A stretch of 61,606 nt of DNA, the filler included, from Nitrospinota bacterium (lineage in GTDB: Bacteria; JAUXIQ01): NCBI GenBank assembly GCA_030620925.1. It is 14 parts of 14 records of this genome, joined end to end, with 100 filler letters (N's around TTAATTAATTAA, not from the genome) between each part and the next. Parts side by side here need not be neighbours in the genome. Positions count along the whole stretch, not along the records: positions 50,892 to 58,381 come from JAUXIQ010000087.1; positions 58,482 to 61,606 come from JAUXIQ010000360.1; 12 more parts are not named here. One strand, 5' to 3'. A program made the position numbers and the translations under genes. Shown piece by piece: positions 53,222-61,606 of this stretch. Each line of letters opens with the position of its first letter. The stretch's first letter is position 1. The notes under the pieces were generated by a model. It searched no databases and was not told the DNA's origin. It saw only the letters and a list, made by a program, of their open reading frames with translations.

Positions 53222-54382
53222 ATGCCAACCAATATCTTCGATGAACAACACGAGCTGTTCAGGAACACGGTACGCCGCTTCTGCGAGAATGAAATAGCGC
53301 CCCACGTCGAGGAATGGCGCAACAATGGAGAAGTTCCGCGGGAAATATGGCGCAGAATGGGCGAGCAGGGGTTTATCGGTTTCTGGGCGGATGAAGAGTA
53401 TGGTGGTGCGGGGTTGGATTTCGCCTATTCCGTAATCATGATAGAAGAGCTTTGCCGGGTCAGCGCTTCCGGCCTGAACAGCAAATACACCGTGCATAAC
53501 GATATAGCCCTGCCCTACATCAACATGCTGGGCACGGCTGAACAGAAATCGAAATGGATGCCGAAATGCTGCAACGGAGAGCATATCGTAGCCATCGGTA
53601 TGACCGAGCCGGGAGCAGGCTCAGACCTTGCGGCCATAAAGACCACCGCTGTTCGCGACGGCGACGATTACGTCATCAACGGCCAGAAGACGTTCATCAC
53701 CAACGGTCACACCTGCGACCTGCTGGTGCTGGCATGCAAGACCGACACCAAAGCCGTCCCCGCTTACAAAGGCGTCTCCCTCATCGTGATTGAGGACGGC
53801 ACGCCCGGTTTCGTTAAGAACCGCAAGCTGCAAAAGATAGGCCTGCACGATTCGGATACCGCCGAACTCTTCTTCGAGGACTGCCGTGTGCCCGTTTCCA
53901 ACCTGCTGGGAGAAGAAGGGGACGGATTTAAGCCCATGATGAGGAACTTGCAGCAGGAACGCCTCGTGGCCTGCGTGGGCGGCATAGTTACCGCGGAACA
54001 CCTCCTTGATATCACCGTCGAATACACCAAGACGCGCACCGCCTTCGGCCGCCCCATCTGCTCCTTCCAGCATAACACCTTCAAGATAGTCGAAATGGCT
54101 ACTGAAATAGAGATGGCCAAGACTTTCACCTACTCCCTGATTGAAGACTACCTCTCGGGGATGGATATCACCACAAAAGTGTCCATGGCCAAGTGGTACA
54201 ACTCAGAGCTGCTCAACAGGATCGCTTACCACTGCGTACAGCTCCACGGCGGCTACGGGTATATGGAGGAGTATGAGATCGGCCGTGCTTACCAGGATGT
54301 CCGCATGAGGACCATCGCCGCTGGTTCCACCGAAATAATGAAGCGCATCATAGGAAAGAGGATGGGCCTGGGAGAAGATTGA
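53222..54382 (+). CDS. Acyl-CoA dehydrogenase (LCAD-like), copy 2
   Basis: Same motifs; 386 aa. Confidence 0.95.
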   Translation: MPTNIFDEQHELFRNTVRRFCENEIAPHVEEWRNNGEVPREIWRRMGEQGFIGFWADEEYGGAGLDFAYSVIMIEELCRVSASGLNSKYTVHNDIALPYINMLGTAEQKSKWMPKCCNGEHIVAIGMTEPGAGSDLAAIKTTAVRDGDDYVINGQKTFITNGHTCDLLVLACKTDTKAVPAYKGVSLIVIEDGTPGFVKNRKLQKIGLHDSDTAELFFEDCRVPVSNLLGEEGDGFKPMMRNLQQERLVACVGGIVTAEHLLDITVEYTKTRTAFGRPICSFQHNTFKIVEMATEIEMAKTFTYSLIEDYLSGMDITTKVSMAKWYNSELLNRIAYHCVQLHGGYGYMEEYEIGRAYQDVRMRTIAAGSTEIMKRIIGKRMGLGED

Positions 54383-54474
54383 TAGAGAGCAGCGCCGGAC
54401 GGGGTGGGGGAGATCCTGAGTCGAGGGATTAAACCCGCACCTGCTACATCAACTAAGACGAAAGGATCGACGAT

Positions 54475-55635
54475 ATGCCCATCAACATATTCAACGAGCA
54501 GCACGACCTGTTCCGAAACTCAGTCAGACGGTTCTGCGAAAACGAAGTGGCCCCCTACGCCCTCGAATGGCGCGAAAAGGAGAACATTCCCCGTGATGTC
54601 TGGCGCAAAATGGGCGACCAGGGGTTTATCGGGTTCTGGCTGGACGAAGAGCATGGCGGCGCAGGGCTGGATTTCTCTTATTCGGTGATAATGGTGGAGG
54701 AGCTTTGCCGGTCGGGCTCCTGGGGGCTGAACACCGGCTACAGTGTGCATAACGACATTGCCATGCCCTACATAGACATGCTGGGCACTCCCGAGCAGAA
54801 GGCGCGGTGGCTGCCTAAATGCTGCACCGGCGAATATTTAACCTGCATCGGAATGAGCGAGCCGGGCGCAGGCTCCGACCTGGCGGCCATAAAGACCAGC
54901 GCCGTGCGAGACGGCGACGACTACGTGATAAACGGGCAGAAAACTTTTATCACCAACGGTCACAATTGCGACCTCATCGTGCTGGCCTGCAAGACCGACC
55001 CCAAGGCCGATCCTCCTTACAAGGGAGTTTCCCTCATTGTCGTCGAAGACGGCACACCGGGTTTCATCAAGAACCGCAAGCTGGAGAAGGTGGGTCTGCA
55101 CGATTCGGATACCGCCGAACTCTTCTTCGATGATTGCCGCGTTCCGGCGGCGAATCTGCTGGGTAAGGAAGGGGACGGGTTTAAACCCATGATGACGAAC
55201 CTGCAGCAGGAGCGCCTGATAGTCGTGGTGGCCTACATAGCGCTATTGGACAGGATGCTGGAGATCACCGTGGACTATACAAAGACGCGCACCGCTTTCG
55301 GCCGCCCCATCTGCTCCTTCCAGCACAATACCTTCAAAATAGTGGAGATGGCCACCGAGATCGAGATGGGCAGGACGTTCACCTATTCCCTGCTGGAAGA
55401 TTATCTCTCCGGCGAAGACATCACCAGGAAGGTCTCCATGGCCAAATGGTATTTATCCGAGCTGACCAACCGGGTGGCTTACGACTGCGTCCAGCTCCAC
55501 GGCGGTTACGGATACATGGAAGAATATGAGATTGCCCGTCTGTTCCTCGACGCCCGCGTCAACACTTTAGGCGGTGGAAGCACGGAGATCATGAAACGCA
55601 TCGTAGGGAAGATGATGGGCCTTGGCGAGGATTGA
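54475..55635 (+). CDS. Acyl-CoA dehydrogenase (LCAD-like), copy 3
   Basis: Same motifs; 386 aa. Confidence 0.95.
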   Translation: MPINIFNEQHDLFRNSVRRFCENEVAPYALEWREKENIPRDVWRKMGDQGFIGFWLDEEHGGAGLDFSYSVIMVEELCRSGSWGLNTGYSVHNDIAMPYIDMLGTPEQKARWLPKCCTGEYLTCIGMSEPGAGSDLAAIKTSAVRDGDDYVINGQKTFITNGHNCDLIVLACKTDPKADPPYKGVSLIVVEDGTPGFIKNRKLEKVGLHDSDTAELFFDDCRVPAANLLGKEGDGFKPMMTNLQQERLIVVVAYIALLDRMLEITVDYTKTRTAFGRPICSFQHNTFKIVEMATEIEMGRTFTYSLLEDYLSGEDITRKVSMAKWYLSELTNRVAYDCVQLHGGYGYMEEYEIARLFLDARVNTLGGGSTEIMKRIVGKMMGLGED

Positions 55636-55732
55636 TATAGAGCAGAACAAAATCGGGGTGAGGGCGGTCCCGCGCCACAGGATTAAACCCGCCCCTATTA
55701 ACTGTTTGACGTAGTACACAAAGGGGAGATAG

Positions 55733-56890
55733 ATGATAGATTTCAGCTTCACGCCTGAACAGGAGCTTTTTCGTAGAACAATCAGGGAGTTCGTCCAGCG
55801 TGAGATTCGACCCATGTCTCCAGAGTGGGATAAGAACCACGAGTATCCCAGGGAGGTGTTTAAGAAGATGGGGGAACTGGGTCTCCCCGGGGTGCACGTT
55901 CCTACCCAATACGGCGGCTCGGGGATGGACAGGGTCACCAGCGGCATAGCGGCGGAAGAGGTGGCGCGGGGCGATTTGAGCTGCGGTTACTCGGTCATGC
56001 TGGGGGGGCTCCTGGGGGACCTCATAGACGAATACGCTGTGGACAGGTTGAAGCAGGAATGGCTGCCCAGGATAGCCGGCGGTGAATCGGTGGTGGCCCT
56101 TGGGCTCACGGAGCCCTCGGCAGGCTCGGATGCAGCGTCCATCAAGCTGAAAGCCGTGCGGGACGGCGATGAATACGTCCTCGACGGCGAAAAGACCTCC
56201 ATCTCCATGTGTTCCGTCGCAGACGCCATCGTCCTTTTCGCCCGCACCGGCGCCGAGGAGGAGAAACATCGGGGTGTGAGTACCTTCCTGGTCCCGTTAG
56301 ACCTCCCGGGCATCACCACCACCCAGTTCAACGACATGGGCCATCACGCCGTAGGGCGGGGGTCGGTCTTCTTCGATAGCGTGCGCATACCCGCGGACCA
56401 TCTGATGAGTTCCGAAGGGACGGGGTTCATCCAGGTGATGATCGGTTTCGATTACACCAGGGCCATCATCGGTCTCATGTGCCTGGGTTCGGCTGCCGCT
56501 TCGGTGGAGGATACCATCAACTACGTGAAGGAGCGCGAGGCTTTCGGGAGGCCCATAGCCCGCTTCGAGGGGGTCTCCTTTCCCATTGCGGAGGCGCTGA
56601 CCAGGATAGACGCCGCCCGCTGGCAGTGCTACCGTACCCTGTGGCTCAAAGATAATGAGCTGCCGCATACCGCCGAGGCGGCCATGTGCAAATGGTGGGC
56701 GCCCAGGATTTCGGTGGAGATCATCCACGAGATGCTGCTCCTGCACGGCCACTACGGCTACACCGACGAATTTCCACTGGAGCAGCGGCTGCGCGACGTG
56801 ATAGGTCTGGAAATAGGGGACGGCACGGCGCAGATACAGAAGATAGTCATCGCCCGCGAGCTCATAGGCAAGGAATACAAACCTTACTGA
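55733..56890 (+). CDS. Acyl-CoA dehydrogenase, cyclohexanecarboxyl-CoA dehydrogenase-like
   Basis: LTEPSAGSDA, GEKTSIS, HGHYGY, RDVIGLEIGDGTAQIQK (Asp at the usual Glu position, as I recall for AliB-type enzymes). Confidence 0.8.
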   Translation: MIDFSFTPEQELFRRTIREFVQREIRPMSPEWDKNHEYPREVFKKMGELGLPGVHVPTQYGGSGMDRVTSGIAAEEVARGDLSCGYSVMLGGLLGDLIDEYAVDRLKQEWLPRIAGGESVVALGLTEPSAGSDAASIKLKAVRDGDEYVLDGEKTSISMCSVADAIVLFARTGAEEEKHRGVSTFLVPLDLPGITTTQFNDMGHHAVGRGSVFFDSVRIPADHLMSSEGTGFIQVMIGFDYTRAIIGLMCLGSAAASVEDTINYVKEREAFGRPIARFEGVSFPIAEALTRIDAARWQCYRTLWLKDNELPHTAEAAMCKWWAPRISVEIIHEMLLLHGHYGYTDEFPLEQRLRDVIGLEIGDGTAQIQKIVIARELIGKEYKPY

Positions 56891-56992
56891 ACCGAATAAA
56901 TATTAGTGTCGGGGAGACGGATTTTTCGGAACCCGGGGGAGGGATAATCTCCGCATAATTAACCACGAATGGTGCAAAGGGGGGGAACAACT

Positions 56993-57925
56993 ATGATAAT
57001 CGACGTTCATTACCATATACGCACGGATGATAAGGGCCTCGATGCTGAATCCATCGAATGGCGTGTCAACTGGTTGGCCGGCCTGTCAACAAAAATGGGA
57101 GTCAAGGTTTCTGCGGATCAAATCCGCAAGCAGGTTGTGGAAACGCTGGTGGACCCCGACGGTGAGCATATGCTGCAGTGGATGGATGAAACCGGCGTGG
57201 ACGTCGTGGTGGCCTTCCCGGTGGACAACATCGAAGGCCCCTACGCAGCAGAGGATGCCATCATAAAATGGACCAAGGCCGTTGCCGATATCGCCAACCG
57301 CAATCCGGATAAGGTGGTGGCTTTTGCCGGGGTGGACCCCAGGCGCAAGAACGCCCCCCAGCTCCTCAAGCGATACGTAGAAGAGTTCGGGATGAAGGGC
57401 GTCAAGTACCATCCCGACCTCGGTTTCTACCCCGACGGCGAGGAATCTTACGCTGTCATGGAAGTGGCCGCGGAATACGGCCTGACGCTCCTATCCCATA
57501 CCGGCCAGCTCAATCCCCCCTATCGGAACAAGTATGCCCACCCTATCTACCTGGACGACCTGGCCGTCGATTTTCCCGAAGTTAAGATCATCGCCGCTCA
57601 CATGAACAATAAGAGCTGGCAGGATTGGGCGGTTCTGGCATCTATGAAAGACCATCTCTACGGCGACCTTGCCATGTGGCAGTTTCACGCAGAGGCGGAT
57701 TACGATCGATTCTGCCGCGCCCTCCGGGAAATGATAGACACCGCCGGACCGGACAAAATCTTGTTCGCCACCGATGCCCCTGGATTCGAGCCGATAATCC
57801 CTTCTAAACGCTGGATAGAAATCATGCGCAGTCTGCCTGAGAACGCTTCTCCTGGCACCAGTTTCACGACCCAGGAGGTGGACGCCATGCTGGGAGGCAA
57901 CGCACGCCGAGCCCTGGGCCTGTGA
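56993..57925 (+). CDS. Amidohydrolase_2 family protein
   Basis: IIDVHYH, GVKYHP, SHTG, IIAAHM, ILFATDAP. Confidence 0.9.
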   Translation: MIIDVHYHIRTDDKGLDAESIEWRVNWLAGLSTKMGVKVSADQIRKQVVETLVDPDGEHMLQWMDETGVDVVVAFPVDNIEGPYAAEDAIIKWTKAVADIANRNPDKVVAFAGVDPRRKNAPQLLKRYVEEFGMKGVKYHPDLGFYPDGEESYAVMEVAAEYGLTLLSHTGQLNPPYRNKYAHPIYLDDLAVDFPEVKIIAAHMNNKSWQDWAVLASMKDHLYGDLAMWQFHAEADYDRFCRALREMIDTAGPDKILFATDAPGFEPIIPSKRWIEIMRSLPENASPGTSFTTQEVDAMLGGNARRALGL

Positions 57926-57969
57926 TCAGCGCCGCGCATGTCGCGCCCCAAACAAGAGGCTATATGGTC

Positions 57970-58240
57970 CGTAGAGACAATTCATGAATTGTCTCTACGA
58001 GGACACGGGCGACCGCCGGTCGCCCCTACGACACCCAACGCCCCCAGCAATTTCTCGTAGGGGCGGGTTTCAAACCCTCCCAATGGGGCGAATACAAGAT
58101 TCGCCCTACGATCGCGCCTGTCCCACGTGTCACGATACTATCCAGCATTGTAGGAGTGGCATCCTGCCGCGGCCAGTTATTTATATTCACGCCCTCACAA
58201 TTTGTTTAAGGATCCGTCACGATCCCGCGGCAGGCGGGCG
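57970..58240. repeat. REP-like palindrome cluster
   Basis: CGTAGAGACAATTCATGAATTGTCTCTACG, GTAGGGGCGGGTTTCAAACCC, GGGCGAATACAAGATTCGCCCTAC, GTAGGAGTGGCATCCTGCCGC. Confidence 0.8.
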
Positions 58241-58249
58241 GCGATTATG

Positions 58250-58381
58250 CTATCTTATCCAGATGGAGAACCTGTCGAACGAGTATTCTTTGAGTTTTCC
58301 CCACTCGGTATCCACTTCGTGCGGTTGTAGCTCGCCGCTCACCGCCTTCCCGAAACCTTCCGCCATCTCGGCGAGTATGGA
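58250..58381 (-). CDS. C-terminal fragment of an unidentified protein (possibly an MBL-fold hydrolase)
   Basis: Open frame from the contig edge: SILAEMAEGFGKAVSGELQPHEVDTEWGKLKEYSFDRFSIWIR*. Confidence 0.5.
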   Translation of the reverse strand, partial: SILAEMAEGFGKAVSGELQPHEVDTEWGKLKEYSFDRFSIWIR

Positions 58382-58481
58382 NNNNNNNNNNNNNNNNNNN
58401 NNNNNNNNNNNNNNNNNNNNNNNNNTTAATTAATTAANNNNNNNNNNNNNNNNNNNNNNNNNNNNNNNNNNNNNNNNNNNN

Positions 58482-58857
58482 TATGGCTCACTCGCTAGAG
58501 GTGAGATCCCCGTTTTTGGACCACCTTCTCCAGGAGTTCGTAGCTACCATTCCCCTGAAATTCAAGGTGCGAGGTTCGGAGCTGAAGTACATCCTCAAGC
58601 GCGCCGCCGCGGGGTACCTCCCTGAGGACATAGTGCGCAGGCCCAAACACGGGTTCCAGGTGCCGGTGGGGCGATGGTTCAGGGAGGAATTGAGCGGCTA
58701 TCTGAGGGACGTCCTTATCGAACACTTGAAAGACCTTTTCCAAATGGGTTATATTGAGGAACTGTTGCGCGAACACCAGGTAACGATGCGCAGGGATCAC
58801 GGCCAGAAATTGTGGACGCTGCTCATGCTGGCCCTGTGGCTTAAGGAACACCGCTAG
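58482..58857 (+). CDS. asnB: Asparagine synthase (glutamine-hydrolysing) family, C-terminal fragment
   Basis: MAHSLEVRSPFLDH, RPKHGFQVP, LWTLLMLALW. Confidence 0.88.
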
Positions 58858-58900
58858 CACGACGCGTGATACTGAATCGTATACGTAAGGGAGAGGACTG

Positions 58901-59539
58901 GTGATCCTATCGAAAAAGAAGCTTATCATCATTCTCGTGGTGATTATTATCGCCTCTCTGATGGTCAAGGTATATCTGCACTCAGCAGCGGAATATAAGA
59001 CCGCCCTGAGCCTGGAAAAATCTGATAATAACAAGCAGGCTTTAGACCACTACGATCGGGCCCTGCGATGGTATCTGCCCCTCAACCCCTATTCCCTCAA
59101 ATCCCTCGAGGCCATGTGGGAAATGGGAGCACGGATGGAAAAGGAAGGGGGAAATCTTTCGCTGGAAGCATACCGCAGCGCGCGTGATGCCATTCAAAGC
59201 ATCAGGAGTTTCTATACCCCCTATAGTGGGTGGCTTGCCAGGCTGAACGATAAAATAGCAACCATCGAGGCATCCATAGAAACCTATTCGAAGGAGGACA
59301 CTTCTCCTGCCGAGAGGAAAAAAGCGGCTCTGGCCAGGCTGGAGATCGACAGGGGACCTTCGGTTGGCTGGAGCCTGGTTACTGAAATAGGATTCGTGGG
59401 ATGGGTGCTTTGCGCGGTGGGTCTTGCATTTGCCGTGAATACAGTATTAAAAGATGGAAATGGCCGTCGGCCACTCACCTGGGGCTTGCTTTTAACCCTC
59501 TTCTTCGTCCTCTGGCTGGTGGGTATGGCCAACGCCTGA
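58901..59539 (+). CDS. Hypothetical membrane protein
   Basis: N-terminal TM segment, TPR-like helical region (HYDRALRWY), two C-terminal TM segments; GAGAGG RBS. Confidence 0.75.
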   Translation: MILSKKKLIIILVVIIIASLMVKVYLHSAAEYKTALSLEKSDNNKQALDHYDRALRWYLPLNPYSLKSLEAMWEMGARMEKEGGNLSLEAYRSARDAIQSIRSFYTPYSGWLARLNDKIATIEASIETYSKEDTSPAERKKAALARLEIDRGPSVGWSLVTEIGFVGWVLCAVGLAFAVNTVLKDGNGRRPLTWGLLLTLFFVLWLVGMANA

Positions 59540-61300
59540 GAGTTCTTTATCCCATACCGGAAGGAATATATGCATGCTTGTTCCTTTGCCTGCTTCGCTT
59601 TCTACATCTAGATACCCATCGTGCTTTTCCACTATTCTGTAAGCGATGGCCAATCCCAAGCCGGTCCCTCCTTCTTTAGTGGTGTAGAAGGGGTCGAAAA
59701 TTTTGTCTAATTCCGCATGCGGTATGCCCTTCCCCGTATCTTCGACTATTATCTCCACATATCTCTCCGCCCCTTTTTGGCTCTGATCGGCCTGGGCGTA
59801 GCTCTCGGGTTGCACCTGGATGGATTGGGGGGTGTTTTCCTGCAGGTAGGTGCTCACCCTAAGGGTACCCCCGCCTTCCATGCTTTCCATGCTTTCCATG
59901 CTTTCCATGGAATTCAAGCACATGTTCCATAAAACCTGTTTCAGCTCTTGCGGGTCAACCATAGCCAGCAGAGGGCCCTCCCGGAGCTGGGTTAGAAACT
60001 CGACCGGTCGGTCGGCGTCTTTCCTCCTCCCCATAAACTCCACGGTCTCTCTGATGATTGAATTTATATCCACAAGTTCCTTGTTGGAGGGTTTGGGGCG
60101 AGCGAAGGAAAGGAAATCGGTTATTATTCGGTCCAGACGTTCAGTCTCATTCAGCACGATTTCCATCAGCCGCACATTTGTGGAGTCCTTGCCGTCTCCC
60201 TGGCTCAACATCTGTATGGAACCGCTTATAGACGCCAGTGGATTGCGGACCTCATGAGCCATGCCGGAGGCCATCTCTCCCATAAATGCCAGCCGCTCAG
60301 ACCTCTTCATCTTCTCTTCCATAACCTTGATGGCCGATAGGTCGGTGAAGGTAATTATTATTCCCTTGACTCTGTTACTCTCATCAATCAGGTGGGATAA
60401 GGTGAAACCCAGATGAAGCTCTTTTCCCTCTCTCCTCAGGTATAGGCCCTCGAAGCGATGAATGCTCGGGCGGGAAAATGCGTAATCATCATAGAGCCCC
60501 TCGAATTTATCCCTGGGTAGTATTTCCTGGCAAGACCTGCTCAACACTTCCCTCTCCCTGAGGCCGAGTATCTCCTGGCCGTATCGGTTCAGGGAAGTGA
60601 CTCTGTATTCAAGGTCGACGGTGAGGAGCCCGATTTGCATACTCTGCACCACGTTCTCATGGAAGTTTTTCAGCTCGATGAGGTCTTCCCTGCTCTCTTC
60701 CAGTTCTCTTCCCGTATCCTTAAGCTTTCCAGCCATGTAACCGCTAAGGAAGGCCACCATGTAAAAGGCGGCTATCTTGAGGAAAAGGGTATAGAGGAGG
60801 TAATCGTTATTCCAGGGGGAGAGGAAATCGAGGTAATATTCCTTCGGTTCGAGCACATGATAGAACTCCAGGTTGACCATGATACCGAAAAATATGCTGG
60901 CCCCGGAAGCGGCAAAATAGCTTCCCCTTTTATAGAGGATCACACTGGAGGTGATTATGGTGAGGATATAGAGGAATGAAAAAAAACTGTCCACCCCCCC
61001 CGTATAATATACGACGATGGTCTCCAGCAGCAGGTCGCTCATTATCTGCAAATAGCAGAAGTGAATCAGCCGCTTCACGCGCGGCAGCATCATGGCATAA
61101 ACTATTGTCAGCGCACAGGTTATAGCAATAATGAGGCTGATGGGAAATATGAGGGAAGTCTCGGTGAGAGGGGGGCGAAACAGGATAATGCTGCCTAAAA
61201 AGGTGGTGATCAGCACCACCCTGAAAGCCATGAGAAACTGTATTTTTATCCTCAGTTCCTGCTCGGTGGGTTCTTTCTCTATCCGTTTGGTCCTGCTCAC
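59492..61300 (-). CDS. pilS: PilS-like PAS sensor histidine kinase
   Basis: Multi-TM N-terminus (YYTGGVDS), PAS domain, H-box AHEVRNPL, DTGKGI, FYTTKEGGTGLGL; downstream of pilC. Confidence 0.85.
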   Translation of the reverse strand: MSRTKRIEKEPTEQELRIKIQFLMAFRVVLITTFLGSIILFRPPLTETSLIFPISLIIAITCALTIVYAMMLPRVKRLIHFCYLQIMSDLLLETIVVYYTGGVDSFFSFLYILTIITSSVILYKRGSYFAASGASIFFGIMVNLEFYHVLEPKEYYLDFLSPWNNDYLLYTLFLKIAAFYMVAFLSGYMAGKLKDTGRELEESREDLIELKNFHENVVQSMQIGLLTVDLEYRVTSLNRYGQEILGLREREVLSRSCQEILPRDKFEGLYDDYAFSRPSIHRFEGLYLRREGKELHLGFTLSHLIDESNRVKGIIITFTDLSAIKVMEEKMKRSERLAFMGEMASGMAHEVRNPLASISGSIQMLSQGDGKDSTNVRLMEIVLNETERLDRIITDFLSFARPKPSNKELVDINSIIRETVEFMGRRKDADRPVEFLTQLREGPLLAMVDPQELKQVLWNMCLNSMESMESMESMEGGGTLRVSTYLQENTPQSIQVQPESYAQADQSQKGAERYVEIIVEDTGKGIPHAELDKIFDPFYTTKEGGTGLGLAIAYRIVEKHDGYLDVESEAGKGTSMHIFLPVWDKELSGVGHTHQPEDEEEG

Positions 61301-61467
61301 ACCGCGACCTCTCGGGTATCTGGTCGATATTTTCAGAATCTCAACCGTCTATCGAATTGGATGAGAGTGATAGATGATCGACCTCCGCCGGCTCGCGCCC
61401 GGATACTCCGCGTATCAGACCTGTCGTCGTTCCAAATGCGCCGCCACCCTAAAAAATTATTCAGCCA

Positions 61468-61606
61468 TCAACCGGCGAGAGAAGCGATGTCGAAAATAGG
61501 CAGGAACATGGCTATTACTAAACCTCCGATAACCGCACCCAGCACCACCATAATCATAGGCTCCAACAGCGAGGTGAGAGCGGCCACCGAGGCATCCACC
61601 TCTTCA
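61468..61606 (-). CDS. pilC: Type IV pilus platform protein PilC / T2SS F family, C-terminal fragment
   Basis: Manual translation EEVDASVAALTSLLEPMIMVVLGAVIGGLVIAMFLPIFDIASLAG*. Confidence 0.88.
   Translation of the reverse strand, partial: EEVDASVAALTSLLEPMIMVVLGAVIGGLVIAMFLPIFDIASLAG

Noticed and set aside
59492-59539. 48-bp convergent overlap between the pilS-like gene and the membrane protein gene
   Set aside because: Short tail-to-tail overlaps through a non-conserved C-terminal tail are common; nothing suggests a function.

Overview
This is not one locus. It is a pseudo-scaffold of 14 short bacterial contig pieces joined by 13 identical 100-nt linkers (44 N + TTAATTAATTAA + 44 N), so gene order across linkers means nothing. 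The gene content (ahbC-hemB-ahbD haem pathway, nuoG, acyl-CoA dehydrogenases, pilC/pilS, yggS-proC-yggT-divIVA, tat, gyrB, rnr-smpB, tRNA-Val) fits a GC-rich, probably anaerobic bacterium of the Desulfobacterota/Nitrospinota type (inference only). The main result is three in-frame TGA codons that the ORF track reads as stops but that look like selenocysteine (U), each followed by a SECIS-like hairpin: (1) a DUF318/ArsP-type permease behind a MarR regulator (4876-5817, motif SPLUAIG); (2) an AhpC/peroxiredoxin-like protein (33170-32676, RGHWUPFC); (3) an unannotated 50-aa protein with a CU dipeptide (31056-31208) that I cannot assign to any family. Intergenic DNA is dense with palindromic repeats: GTAG-type REPs, a RAYT transposase relic, a palindrome inserted in-frame in DnaE2, and a recurrent 19-bp hairpin RTCCCGC-N5-GCGGGAY nested inside other repeat families. 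Also present are a missed minus-strand protein with 14 x 11-aa PPG(H/Q)AK repeats, a tandem triplication of acyl-CoA dehydrogenases, and several frameshifted genes. No database searches were run; all family calls come from motif recognition.
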